This document shows, one piece after another, positions 28,934-38,836 of a stretch of 64,000 nt of DNA. The translations under genes were made by a program, and so were the position numbers. Location of the stretch: the IMG/VR virus record IMGVR_UViG_3300027816_000052, positions 124,001 through 188,000 of that record, one strand, 5' to 3'. Position 1 is the first letter of the stretch, and every line of letters starts with the position of its first letter. The notes under the pieces were generated by a model. It ran no database searches, had not been told where the DNA came from, and was given only the letters and a program-made list of their open reading frames with translations.

Positions 28934-29482
28934 ATGAATCAAAGACGACTAATAAAAAAAATATTATTGGAATATACCAATGAGCAAAAAGATGAATATC
29001 AAGACATTGCGCTTGATAATTTATCAAAAATTGGTGATTTTAATAGATTACGTGAAATTGATAAATTAACGTTGCTTGGAAGAAGTGGTGACACACAAAA
29101 GCTAAAACGATTAATGTTATCAAGAATTTATGAAGAAAAGGGTAATACATTTGGAATGCTTGAAATAAAGGTTAAGATAAAGGATTTAAAGGAACAAGCG
29201 GTTAAAAGTAAATTTTCAGAAGAGTTTGCGGGTGAAGAGGGGTATTTACTTCCCTCTATACAGTATTTTGATGACATTCCCTATGTTAGTGTTAAATTTA
29301 AACGTTTTGAACCAAGCGATAAAGCACTTGGTGGTGGTAATTATGAAAGCAGAGTTATACCTCTAGCTAATGTCTATCCTTTGTCTTATGAAAAAATCGA
29401 CGATGAATTTGTTAAATATCAACAAAGAGTTGAAAGAGAAAGAAAAGAATTTAAAGATAGATTTGGACTTGATGAGTTTTGA
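28934..29482 (+). CDS. Hypothetical protein with leader-like N-terminus (RRLIKKILLEY)
   Basis: ORF preceded by ATGATATTTATGGTT, shared with the LRR genes. Confidence 0.75.
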   Translation: MNQRRLIKKILLEYTNEQKDEYQDIALDNLSKIGDFNRLREIDKLTLLGRSGDTQKLKRLMLSRIYEEKGNTFGMLEIKVKIKDLKEQAVKSKFSEEFAGEEGYLLPSIQYFDDIPYVSVKFKRFEPSDKALGGGNYESRVIPLANVYPLSYEKIDDEFVKYQQRVERERKEFKDRFGLDEF

Positions 29483-29511
29483 TTGTTATATTTTAGCAAA
29501 AATATAAAACA

Positions 29512-29955
29512 ATGAATACTTTCGGAACATCTATTATGGTTCAATATAATAAGTTATTTAAAGATAATTTTGAACCACCTCATTTAATTATTATTAAAAA
29601 TAAAGCAATTAAGTTTTATGAAAAAGAGTTGGAAAAACCAAATAAAAAATGGTTTGGTTGGGGATTTTTTAATGATGAAAATGAAAAAATCAATCTTCTA
29701 GATAAAATTTTTAATTCGAAACCGAATACAAAACTTCTTACACTAAAAAAACCCTCACATCCGGATTGTGATGTTGAATTTATTTATTTTGGGAATAATA
29801 TGAAGTATGAAATTTTAAAAAGCGTCCCCGTTGATTTAAATACACCAACAAATGAAATGTCTGAAATTCAAATAAATTTAACTAAAGAAAAGCAACCAGA
29901 TATTCATTATAAGTTTAGTGTAAATGAAGAAGGTGAATTTGTTGAATTTAATTAA
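29512..29955 (+). CDS. Hypothetical protein (147 aa)
   Basis: ORF with A-rich start context. Confidence 0.7.
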   Translation: MNTFGTSIMVQYNKLFKDNFEPPHLIIIKNKAIKFYEKELEKPNKKWFGWGFFNDENEKINLLDKIFNSKPNTKLLTLKKPSHPDCDVEFIYFGNNMKYEILKSVPVDLNTPTNEMSEIQINLTKEKQPDIHYKFSVNEEGEFVEFN

Positions 29956-29963
29956 TTTTATTA

Positions 29964-30959
29964 ATGACAAAAACTTTATTAATTGATGGTGATAATCTCT
30001 TTAAGATTGGTTATCATGCAATAAATTACTTACATAAAGGAAAACATGTTGGAGCAATTTTTCATTTCATTAATACAATAAAAAAATTATTGGAGTCAGA
30101 AAATTACGATAAGGTTGTTGTGTTTTGGGATGGTGAAAATAATTCAATTACCAGAAAAAGAATTTATTCAAAATATAAGGAAACCAGAAAAACTCCAATG
30201 GAGGATTATGAACTAGAATCTTATCTATATCAAAGAATTAGAATCAAACAATATCTTGAAGAAATATTCGTTCGACAAATTGAATTTCCTGAAACCGAAT
30301 CCGATGATTTAATTGCGTATTATTGTCAAATCTCACCAGATGAAAATAAAATAATATTTTCAGCGGATAGAGATTTAATTCAATTAATAAATAAAGATGT
30401 TTCAGTTTATTCACCAAATACAAAAACAACATATAAATTTGGTGACAAAATCAAATTAAAAGATTGTATAATTCCTCATTATAATTTAACAACATATAAA
30501 ATTCTAATTGGTGATAAGTCAGATAACATTGACGGAATTTATCGATTGGGTGAGAAGAATCTTATAACTTTTTTTCCTGAGATACTTGATAAACCGGTAA
30601 GTTATTCCGATATTTTGAATAAGTCAAAAGACTTGGTTAAGGAAAGTAATAGTAACGTTTTAAAAAATATTTTAAGTGGGAAGACGAAAGATGGTGAGCA
30701 CGGAGATGAGTTCTTCGAAAGAAATGACAAGATTATTAATCTCACAAACCCCCTCATATCAGAGGAAGCAAAAAAAATTGTTGAACTTTATTGTCATGAA
30801 TCTTTAGACCCTGATGGTAGGGGTTATAAGGGATTCATTAAAATGATGAATGAGGACGGTTTCTTCAAATTCTTACCAAAATATAATAATGATTGGGTTG
30901 ATTTTATTCGACCATTTTTAAAGCTAACCAGAAAAGAAAAACGAAATTTTAATAACTAA
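29964..30959 (+). CDS. 5'-3' exonuclease (PolI N-terminal/T4 RNase H-like flap nuclease)
   Basis: LLIDGDNL, VVFWDG, RKRIYSKYKETR, ESDDLIA, SADRDL, GDKSDNIDGI. Confidence 0.9.
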   Translation: MTKTLLIDGDNLFKIGYHAINYLHKGKHVGAIFHFINTIKKLLESENYDKVVVFWDGENNSITRKRIYSKYKETRKTPMEDYELESYLYQRIRIKQYLEEIFVRQIEFPETESDDLIAYYCQISPDENKIIFSADRDLIQLINKDVSVYSPNTKTTYKFGDKIKLKDCIIPHYNLTTYKILIGDKSDNIDGIYRLGEKNLITFFPEILDKPVSYSDILNKSKDLVKESNSNVLKNILSGKTKDGEHGDEFFERNDKIINLTNPLISEEAKKIVELYCHESLDPDGRGYKGFIKMMNEDGFFKFLPKYNNDWVDFIRPFLKLTRKEKRNFNN

Positions 30960-30974
30960 AAACAATATAAAAAA

Positions 30975-31421
30975 ATGAAAGAGCAAGATTTAACAAAAAT
31001 GGAGTTTTTAATTAAACTTAATAACAACGTTGTAATTCAGAGATATTTTAATGTTAAAGATTATAATCCCCAAGCAAGACGTTCTATGGAATTATATGAA
31101 TATATTAAAGATGTCGCAGAACTGCTTCAGAGGAAGTTAAAAATTAAGACGGTAACATATATGTTGGATAATTATTATGAGATTGAGGAGAACCCTCAAA
31201 TTATGGAAACTTCAAATACCGATGGTCCCGAAACATTTAACATCTATGTTAAGATAAATGATGAGACAATTTGTCACAGAGTATTTGATGCTAAAGTATA
31301 TCCTCCGAAGGTTAGATATACGATGGATGTACGACCAGAAGCAAAAAACGTCTTAAGAAATTTAACTGACATTTTTTCTGAGAAAAATTTTAATAACGAG
31401 TACCTTGGAATTATCCTATAA
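30975..31421 (+). CDS. Hypothetical protein (148 aa)
   Basis: ORF between exonuclease and helicase. Confidence 0.75.
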   Translation: MKEQDLTKMEFLIKLNNNVVIQRYFNVKDYNPQARRSMELYEYIKDVAELLQRKLKIKTVTYMLDNYYEIEENPQIMETSNTDGPETFNIYVKINDETICHRVFDAKVYPPKVRYTMDVRPEAKNVLRNLTDIFSEKNFNNEYLGIIL

Positions 31422-31457
31422 TCATAGTATTTAGAAGATACAAACTAACAAACACAC

Positions 31458-33908
31458 ATGGGTAAAGATAAAAATTTCGAGTATCTCGGACAAACATTTC
31501 AGCTTCAATTGATTAACCAAATTATCATTGACAAAATATTCGGCTCATCAATTATTGACGTTATGGAAGTCTCTTATTTCGAGAATAAGTATTTTAAAAT
31601 TGTTGTTCAATTTATTAAGGAACATTATGGAAAATATAATGAAATTCCTTCATTTACAACTTTAAAACAAATTATTAAATCTGAGTTAGCACAGGATTTT
31701 CTTGTAAAGGTTGCAATTGATACCTTGGAATCAATAAAAAATGTGTCAACTGACGGTGCTGAGTTTGTACAAGAAAAAGCTTTAAAGTTTTGTAAACAAC
31801 AAGAACTGAAAAAAGTAATGACTAAAGCACAAAAAATTATCGATGGTGGTGAATTTGAAAATTATGACCAAGTTGAATCTTTGGTTAGGAACGCACTTCA
31901 GGTTGGTGAATTGGATAAGGGTCAGATAGATGTTTTTGACGATACTGAGGGCGTTTTAAGTGAGGATTTCAGACATCCGATTGCGATGGGTATTAAGGGT
32001 ATTGATAAGCTCTTAAAGGGTGGTTTAGCGAGGGGTGAAATTGGTGTTATTCTCGCCCCGACAGGGGTGGGCAAAGCCCAAAATGTTAGTGAACCAATTT
32101 TAACACCAACAGGTTGGACCGAAATAGGAAATATTAAACTTGGTGATAAAATAATTGGTTCCGATGGTAATGAACAATATGTGATTGGCGTTTATCCGCA
32201 AGGTCAACGTCCAATTTATAAAATTGAATTTACTGATGATACACATACTTTTTGTGATGCAGAACATTTATGGTATGTTAATACATTAAACATGCGTACA
32301 AGAAAAACACGCATAAAAAATGTGAATAACTATGCTCCGAATTATGGGTATAAAGTGATTAAAACTAGCGATATGTTAGTTGATATAAAAAAACGAGGTA
32401 GATATAATTATAGACTACCTATTGTTAATCCTATTAATTTTAACGAAAAAGATATATTAATTAATCCTTATTTATTGGGTATTTTATTGGGGGATGGTTA
32501 TTTATCTGCAAAAGATAGTATTACTTTAAGTACTAAAGATGATGAAATATTTGATAATATTTCTAATTTAAATCTACACACATCATTTTCTGAATACCAT
32601 AGGGACACTAAAACAATTAAAGTTGTTCGCATTAAAAATGTTATTAAACCTCATTTAACTCATTATGGTTTACTTGGTATGAAATCTGACCAAAAGTTTA
32701 TACCGAAAGATTATATTTTTAATTCAGTAAATAATAGACTTGAATTATTGAGAGGATTAATGGATACTGATGGTTATGCGGATAAAAGAGGTTGTTGTCA
32801 ATTTACAACTGTTTCAGAACAATTAGCAAAAGATGTTAGAGAAATTGTTCTTTCTTTAGGTGGTACAGCTAAAATTAAAACAAAAATACCTAAATATAAG
32901 TATAAAGGTGAGGTAAAGGATGGTAAAATGGCTTATACTGTAACAATATCGTTTGCAAATAATATTGTTCCGTTTAAGTTGTTAAGAAAAGTAAATAGGT
33001 TCGTAAAAAGAAAAAAATATATTGAACAAAAATATATTAAATCAATAAACTATTCTCACGATGAAGAAGCTGTTTGCATAAAAGTATCAAATCCTGATGA
33101 ATTATATGTTACTAGAGATTATGTGTTAACACATAATACAACCGTAATGACAAAAATTGCAAATCACGCATATAATTTGGGTTTCAATGTCCTTCAAATC
33201 TTCTTTGAAGACAATCCAAAAATCATTCAGCGCAAGCATTTTACGATGTGGACCGGAATTAAACCCGATGATTTGACCGCAAATAAGGAAGAAGTTTTGG
33301 AAACGGTTAAAGAGTTGAGAAGTACCTTACCCAATAAATTGATTCTAAAGAAGTTACCTTCAGAATCATTAACCATGTCAAACATTAAAAATCAGGTAAG
33401 AAAAATAATTTCTGAGGGCGTTAAGATTGATTTAATTTGCTTGGATTATATCGATTGTGTATTACCAGAAAAATTCAATGGTGATGAATGGAAGGGTGAG
33501 GGTTCGGTTATCAGAGCATTTGAAGCAATGTGTCATGAATTGGATATTGTTGGATGGACCGCGACCCAAGGTAATCGATCCAGTATTTCAGCAGATGTTG
33601 TAACAACTGACCAAATGGGTGGTAGCATTAAAAAAGCACAAGTTGGTCACGTTATCATATCAATTGCTAAATCTCTTGAACAAAAAGACCAAAAACTTGC
33701 GACAATTGCAATTACAAAATCAAGAATTGGTTCTGATGGTGTGGTGTTTGCAAACTGCAAATTTGACAATGAAATGCTTATTATTGATACAGAGGAATCA
33801 AAAACATTATTAGGTCATGAAAAAGAGGTTGAAGAAATTAATGAAATGAATGCAAAAAAACGATTAGGTGAATTACAATCTAATAAAAAAAGAACAACAA
33901 TAAATTAA
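31458..33908 (+). CDS. dnaB: DnaB-like replicative helicase, intein-interrupted
   Basis: GGLARGEIGVILAPTGVGK|TT Walker A, CLDYIDC, WTATQGNR, IAITKSRIG. Confidence 0.9.
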   Translation: MGKDKNFEYLGQTFQLQLINQIIIDKIFGSSIIDVMEVSYFENKYFKIVVQFIKEHYGKYNEIPSFTTLKQIIKSELAQDFLVKVAIDTLESIKNVSTDGAEFVQEKALKFCKQQELKKVMTKAQKIIDGGEFENYDQVESLVRNALQVGELDKGQIDVFDDTEGVLSEDFRHPIAMGIKGIDKLLKGGLARGEIGVILAPTGVGKAQNVSEPILTPTGWTEIGNIKLGDKIIGSDGNEQYVIGVYPQGQRPIYKIEFTDDTHTFCDAEHLWYVNTLNMRTRKTRIKNVNNYAPNYGYKVIKTSDMLVDIKKRGRYNYRLPIVNPINFNEKDILINPYLLGILLGDGYLSAKDSITLSTKDDEIFDNISNLNLHTSFSEYHRDTKTIKVVRIKNVIKPHLTHYGLLGMKSDQKFIPKDYIFNSVNNRLELLRGLMDTDGYADKRGCCQFTTVSEQLAKDVREIVLSLGGTAKIKTKIPKYKYKGEVKDGKMAYTVTISFANNIVPFKLLRKVNRFVKRKKYIEQKYIKSINYSHDEEAVCIKVSNPDELYVTRDYVLTHNTTVMTKIANHAYNLGFNVLQIFFEDNPKIIQRKHFTMWTGIKPDDLTANKEEVLETVKELRSTLPNKLILKKLPSESLTMSNIKNQVRKIISEGVKIDLICLDYIDCVLPEKFNGDEWKGEGSVIRAFEAMCHELDIVGWTATQGNRSSISADVVTTDQMGGSIKKAQVGHVIISIAKSLEQKDQKLATIAITKSRIGSDGVVFANCKFDNEMLIIDTEESKTLLGHEKEVEEINEMNAKKRLGELQSNKKRTTIN
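32076..33137 (+). mobile_element. Ala-start (class 3-type) intein with LAGLIDADG endonuclease in the helicase Walker A (354 aa)
   Basis: Begins AQNVSEPILTPTGW, ends VLTHN, +1 Thr; EHLW, AVCIKV, LTHN give the WCT triad; LLGILLGDG and LLRGLMDTDG motifs. Confidence 0.9.
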
Positions 33909-33926
33909 TAAAAAATATATAATAAA

Positions 33927-36878
33927 ATGGACAGTAAATTTAAAGAAATTACCCCGCCTTGGGGTGAAATTGGTTATATAACATTTAAGAGAACATACGC
34001 TAGAAGATTAAAAGAAGATGACCCTTTGTCAAAAACTGAAGAGTTTTGGCAAGTAATTGAAAGAGAATTAGAGGCATCAGAAAAACAATTAAATGTTGGG
34101 TTTACAGAAGACGAGAAAAAAAGATATGCGGAATTACGCATGAACCTTAAGTTTTCAACTGCTGGTAGATTTATGTGGCAATTGGGGACTAAAACGGTTG
34201 ATAGATTAGGTTTACCATCTTTACAAAACTGTGCTTTTACCGTTGTTAATTCACCAATAAGACCATTTACTTGGTGTTTTGAAATGTTAATGTTAGGTAG
34301 CGGTGTTGGTTACAATATTCAAAAACATAATGTGTATCAATTACCAAAGTTGAAAAATAAAATTAAAATTGAAAGAAAAGACACAAATGATGCGGATTTT
34401 ATTGTTCCGGATAGCAGAGAAGGGTGGGTTAAACTTTTGGGTAAAGTACTTAAAGCACATTTTTATGGTGGTGAGGGTTTTACATATTCTACTGTTTGTA
34501 TTAGGTCTAAAGGTGCGGTAATAAAAGGGTTCGGGGGAACCGCATCTGGACCCGAAGATTTATGTTGGGGTATAAGTGAAATTAACAAAATATTAAATTC
34601 ACGCTCAAATAAAAAATTAAGACCTATTGATTGTCTTGATATTATGAATATTATCGGTAATATTGTGGTCGCCGGAAACGTCCGAAGATCGGCACAAATC
34701 GCAATTGGTGATTTTGATGATATTGAATTTTTAAAAGCAAAAAGATGGGATTTATATAAAATTCCAAACTGGAGAGCGATGAGTAATAATTCAATCGTTG
34801 CGCCAGAAAATATTGATGATTTACCTAAAGAATTTTGGGATACTTATAACCAAGGCGAACCATATGGATTGATTAATTTAGAATTAGCTAGAAGTGTTGG
34901 TAGAACTGGAGAAAATCAATATCCGGACCCTGAAGTTGAAGGATTTAATCCTTGCAAACCCTTAAATTCGCTTATTTTAACAAATAAGGGATATATTACG
35001 TTTGAACAAGCACTTAATGAGGATGAGCTTACCGTTTTAGGAATTGATGGTCAGTGGAAAAAAGCAACAAAACCATTTAAAACAGGGGAAAATAGGGTTG
35101 TGAATAGAATTTTATTGTCTAATGGTTCTTATCTATATGGTACCGATAATCATCTTCATATGGATAGAGATGGTAATTGGGTTAGAATGGATAAATTAGA
35201 AATTGGTAATCAATTAAAGTGGGAAAATAAACCAATATATACGTCTTTTGATATAGATAATGAAGAAGATTATAAATTAGGTACTTTCGCGGGATGGGTT
35301 CAGGGTGATGGATGGTATAGTAAACGATTAGATAATGTTGGTTATACGGTCGGTATGTGTTTTGGTATTAATGAAATGGATGTCGTTTCTTATTTTGAAC
35401 AAATGTTAAATGTAAAGACAAAACCTCATGAACAAAAACCAAACACATGTTTATATTTTTCATCGCATAGAAATGATTTATCAAAATCATTATCTGATAT
35501 TGGAATGCCAACTAATAAAATGGACTTAAAATGGTTGTATGGAAAATCTAAATCATTTAAACTTGGTTTTATTCGAGCTATTTTCACCGCTGACGGCTCA
35601 GTTAGAAAAATGAATAATGTTGAACTTTATTCTGTTAATAGAAATATTTTGGAAGTTGTTTCGACAATTTTAAACGAATTTGGTATTCATAATACAATAA
35701 CAACACATAATAATGGTCGAGTTTATGTTGGAAAAGATGGAAAAATGAGAAATAATTCCACATGTTTTAAAATTAATGTATATGCTGGTCAATTTAAACA
35801 GATTGGGTTTTTATCTAAATTTAAAAATGAGTTATTAGAAAAACATGAAATTAAACCGATTTATAGATACAAAGATTATGTTACAGTAATCGATATCGAA
35901 CCAGAATATTCGGTAGAGGATGTTTATGATATAACTGTCAATGATGAAACACACGCATTTTATGATACTGGGGTTGTAACACATAATTGTGCAGAACAAT
36001 CATTAGCTAATTTTGAGACCTGTTGTCTAGCTGAAGTTTATCTACCAAACATTGAAACATATGATCAATTATTGGAAGCCTTAACATATGCTTATAGAAT
36101 GAATAAACACTCATTGGCATTAAAATGTTCTTTAAAAGAAACTGAAGAAATTGTTAATCGAAATATGAGAATGGGTATTGGAATGACCGGTGTTTTACAG
36201 GCAACCGAAGAACAAAGGTCTTGGTTAAGTTCTGCATATGAATGGTTAAGAAAATATGATGTGGAATATTCAAAAAAACATGGTTTTCCAAATAGTATAA
36301 AACTTACCACTATTAAGCCATCCGGTACACTTTCGCTTTTAGCAGGAGTAACACCGGGAGTACATCCAAATCCTGCTGGACCGTATTATATTAGAAGAAT
36401 TAGAATTTCATCACAATCTACATTAATTGATGTATGTAGGAAACATGGATTTCCAATAGAATACCAAAGAAATTATGATGGTACTGAGGACAAAACCACA
36501 ATGGTAATATCTTTCCCATGTAAACTTCCGGATGAAACACCTGTAGCATCAAATTATACTTGGAAAGAACAATTAGATATGGTAAGAAGAATGCAAGCTG
36601 AATGGTCGGATAATTCGGTTAGCTGCACTGTTTATTATAAAAAAGAAGATATTGATGATATTAAAAATTACTTACGTGAACATTTTAAACATGAAATAAA
36701 AACTGTATCATTCCTTCTATATTATGGACATGGTTTTGATCAAGCACCATATGAAACAATAACAAAAGAACAATATGATGATATGATAAAAAATATTAAA
36801 CAAATAACATCTATTGAGGTTAAAGAAGATGAGTTTACAATTATGGATTGTGATACCGGTGCTTGTCCAATAAAATAA
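33927..36878 (+). CDS. nrdJ: Class II (B12-dependent) ribonucleotide reductase, intein-interrupted
   Basis: LQNCAF, GNVRRSAQI, NP|CAEQ, TCCLAE, TIKPSGTLSLL, C-terminal CDTGACPIK; monomeric RTPR-like layout. Confidence 0.9.
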   Translation: MDSKFKEITPPWGEIGYITFKRTYARRLKEDDPLSKTEEFWQVIERELEASEKQLNVGFTEDEKKRYAELRMNLKFSTAGRFMWQLGTKTVDRLGLPSLQNCAFTVVNSPIRPFTWCFEMLMLGSGVGYNIQKHNVYQLPKLKNKIKIERKDTNDADFIVPDSREGWVKLLGKVLKAHFYGGEGFTYSTVCIRSKGAVIKGFGGTASGPEDLCWGISEINKILNSRSNKKLRPIDCLDIMNIIGNIVVAGNVRRSAQIAIGDFDDIEFLKAKRWDLYKIPNWRAMSNNSIVAPENIDDLPKEFWDTYNQGEPYGLINLELARSVGRTGENQYPDPEVEGFNPCKPLNSLILTNKGYITFEQALNEDELTVLGIDGQWKKATKPFKTGENRVVNRILLSNGSYLYGTDNHLHMDRDGNWVRMDKLEIGNQLKWENKPIYTSFDIDNEEDYKLGTFAGWVQGDGWYSKRLDNVGYTVGMCFGINEMDVVSYFEQMLNVKTKPHEQKPNTCLYFSSHRNDLSKSLSDIGMPTNKMDLKWLYGKSKSFKLGFIRAIFTADGSVRKMNNVELYSVNRNILEVVSTILNEFGIHNTITTHNNGRVYVGKDGKMRNNSTCFKINVYAGQFKQIGFLSKFKNELLEKHEIKPIYRYKDYVTVIDIEPEYSVEDVYDITVNDETHAFYDTGVVTHNCAEQSLANFETCCLAEVYLPNIETYDQLLEALTYAYRMNKHSLALKCSLKETEEIVNRNMRMGIGMTGVLQATEEQRSWLSSAYEWLRKYDVEYSKKHGFPNSIKLTTIKPSGTLSLLAGVTPGVHPNPAGPYYIRRIRISSQSTLIDVCRKHGFPIEYQRNYDGTEDKTTMVISFPCKLPDETPVASNYTWKEQLDMVRRMQAEWSDNSVSCTVYYKKEDIDDIKNYLREHFKHEIKTVSFLLYYGHGFDQAPYETITKEQYDDMIKNIKQITSIEVKEDEFTIMDCDTGACPIK
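34953..35987 (+). mobile_element. Class 1 intein with LAGLIDADG endonuclease at the RNR NP|C catalytic site (345 aa)
   Basis: Begins CKPLNSLILTNKG, ends VVTHN, +1 Cys; GTDNH block B; GWVQGDG and RAIFTADG motifs. Confidence 0.92.
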
Positions 36879-36936
36879 TTAAATTTTTTTAATTATTTTA
36901 AATGATAACATTAAAAAAAAATAATGAAAAATAGAA

Positions 36937-37146
36937 ATGAAAAACGATTGGATAACAGAACAATACATTAAAGAAACATTGCAAAATAAAGATTCTGATT
37001 TTTATGTCAATTCGGATGGTAAAAAAGTTATGACCGAAAATTTTCATAAAAAACGAGGTTATTGTTGTGGTTCCGGTTGTTTACATTGTCCTTATGAACC
37101 AAGAGCGCAAAAAGGAAATACAAAATTAAAAAATCCCCAATCATAA
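36937..37146 (+). CDS. Small Cys-rich protein (DUF5522-like)
   Basis: DFYVNSDGKKVMTENFHKKRGYCCGSGCLHCPY. Confidence 0.75.
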   Translation: MKNDWITEQYIKETLQNKDSDFYVNSDGKKVMTENFHKKRGYCCGSGCLHCPYEPRAQKGNTKLKNPQS

Positions 37147-37160
37147 GTTGGGGATTTTTT
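37128..37160. terminator. Bidirectional terminator between convergent genes
   Basis: AAAAATCCCCAA-TCATAAG-TTGGGGATTTTT perfect inverted repeat with A/T tails on both sides. Confidence 0.85.
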
Positions 37161-37165
37161 TAATT

Positions 37166-38302
37166 TTATACATAAAACCTATAACCCTTTACCTGATATT
37201 TCAAAATCAAATCAATATCATTATTTAACGGAGTTCCACCGATTGAAATAACACCTACAACCTTAAGATTATCCGGTAAGGATTGAATTGGTGTTCCTAC
37301 TAAACTCAAATCTCCCCCAACATGAAGATTATCCGGTAAGGATTTAAGATTTTTGCATCCATATAAATTCAAATTTCCCCCAACATGAAGATTATCCGGC
37401 AAGGATTGGATTGGTGTATCATATAACTCCAAATTTTTCTTAACATGAAGATTATCCGGTAAGGATTTAATTGGTGTTTCATTTAACCACAAATCTCCCC
37501 CAACATGAAGATTATCCGGTAAGGATTGAATTGGTGTTCCTACTAAACTCAAATCTCCCCCAACATGAAGATTATCCGGTAAGGATTTAAGATTTTTGCA
37601 TCCATATAAATTCAAATTTCCCCCAACATGAAGATTATCCGGCAAGGATTGGATTGGTGTATCATATAACTCCAAATTTTTCTTAACATGAAGATTATCC
37701 GGTAAGGATTTAATTGGTGTTTCATTTAACCACAAATCTCCCCCAACATGAAGATTATCCGGTAAGGATTGAATTGGTGTTCCTACTAAACTCAAATCTC
37801 CCCCAACATGAAGATTATCCGGTAAGGATTGAATTGGTGTTCCTACTAAACTCAAATTTCCCCCAACATGAAGATTATCCGGTAAGGATTGAATTGGTGT
37901 TCCTACTAAACTCAAACTTCCCCCAACACGAAGATTATCCGGTAAGGATTGAATTGGTGTTCCTCTTAAATACAAACTTCCCCCAACATGAAGATTATCC
38001 GGTAAGGATTGAATTGGTGTTCCTTGTAAATACAAACTTCCCCCAACATGAAGATTATCCGGTAATGATTGAATTTGTGTATCTCTTAAATCCAAATCCC
38101 CATTAATAATAACCTTATCATATTGTTTATTAAAAACTCTTGTTAATTTCTCAGAATCATTTCTAAATACATTTTCAAGAATCGTTTTAAAATATTCTGG
38201 ATTCTTATTGAAGATTCTTCTGTTATTTTCTTCCTCTTGCTCAAGAAGAACCTTTCTAACAATCCTATATAAATCTGATTCTGTTAATTTAATCTTTTTC
38301 AT
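37166..38302 (-). CDS. Leader-tagged LRR protein LRR-3 (14 repeats plus cap)
   Basis: Leader almost identical to LRR-1; 14 units of 20-21 aa. Confidence 0.9.
   Translation of the reverse strand: MKKIKLTESDLYRIVRKVLLEQEEENNRRIFNKNPEYFKTILENVFRNDSEKLTRVFNKQYDKVIINGDLDLRDTQIQSLPDNLHVGGSLYLQGTPIQSLPDNLHVGGSLYLRGTPIQSLPDNLRVGGSLSLVGTPIQSLPDNLHVGGNLSLVGTPIQSLPDNLHVGGDLSLVGTPIQSLPDNLHVGGDLWLNETPIKSLPDNLHVKKNLELYDTPIQSLPDNLHVGGNLNLYGCKNLKSLPDNLHVGGDLSLVGTPIQSLPDNLHVGGDLWLNETPIKSLPDNLHVKKNLELYDTPIQSLPDNLHVGGNLNLYGCKNLKSLPDNLHVGGDLSLVGTPIQSLPDNLKVVGVISIGGTPLNNDIDLILKYQVKGYRFYV
37265..38100. repeat. Coding tandem repeat, 60/63-bp unit, with an exact 243-bp higher-order duplication
   Basis: Core AAGATTATCCGGTAAGGATT; identical blocks begin at 37265, 37508 and 37751. 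Confidence 0.92.
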
Positions 38303-38374
38303 AACCATAAATATTATACCATTTCTAAAAATTGTTATTCTACTATATTTATTGTTAACGAATCACTATTTTAA

Positions 38375-38836
38375 ATGGCGGAAGGAAAAACATACGGTAT
38401 AATATTTCCCTTTAGAGAATCCTCAGAGGGGAAATATTTGGAGTTATCCAACTACACAAATGATGAATTGCGTTCAAATTTGATTCATTTATTACTTACA
38501 AAAAAAGGAACCAGATATTATCTTCCCGACTTTGGTACCAGACTTTATGAATATATCTTTGAACCATTGGATGGTCCCACTTTTGGTAGTATTGAATCTG
38601 ATATTAGAGAAGCGGTTGAAAAATTTATACCTCAACTACAAATAAAAAATATTACCGTAACAGCAGCAAGTAGCGAAGAAGATTCATCCTTTGTTACAAC
38701 TGCGGGTAATGTGATTAATAGAACTGTTGGAGAACCGGCAAAACAAACATATGAATATACAGCAAAAGTAAGAATCGATTATGTTGATACAAGTAGTGCT
38801 TTTGGTTCCACAGATTTTATTATTCTTAATATTTAA
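38375..38836 (+). CDS. gp25-like baseplate wedge protein
   Basis: LRSNLIHLLLTKKGTRYYLPDFGTRL...FEP...IREAVEKFIPQ. Confidence 0.9.
   Translation: MAEGKTYGIIFPFRESSEGKYLELSNYTNDELRSNLIHLLLTKKGTRYYLPDFGTRLYEYIFEPLDGPTFGSIESDIREAVEKFIPQLQIKNITVTAASSEEDSSFVTTAGNVINRTVGEPAKQTYEYTAKVRIDYVDTSSAFGSTDFIILNI

Noticed and set aside
37265-38100. CRISPR-like look of about 30-bp repeats with about 30-bp spacers (also 28190-28660)
   Set aside because: The period is 60/63 bp and keeps frame, the spacers resemble each other, and the region encodes an intact LRR ORF; no cas genes are visible
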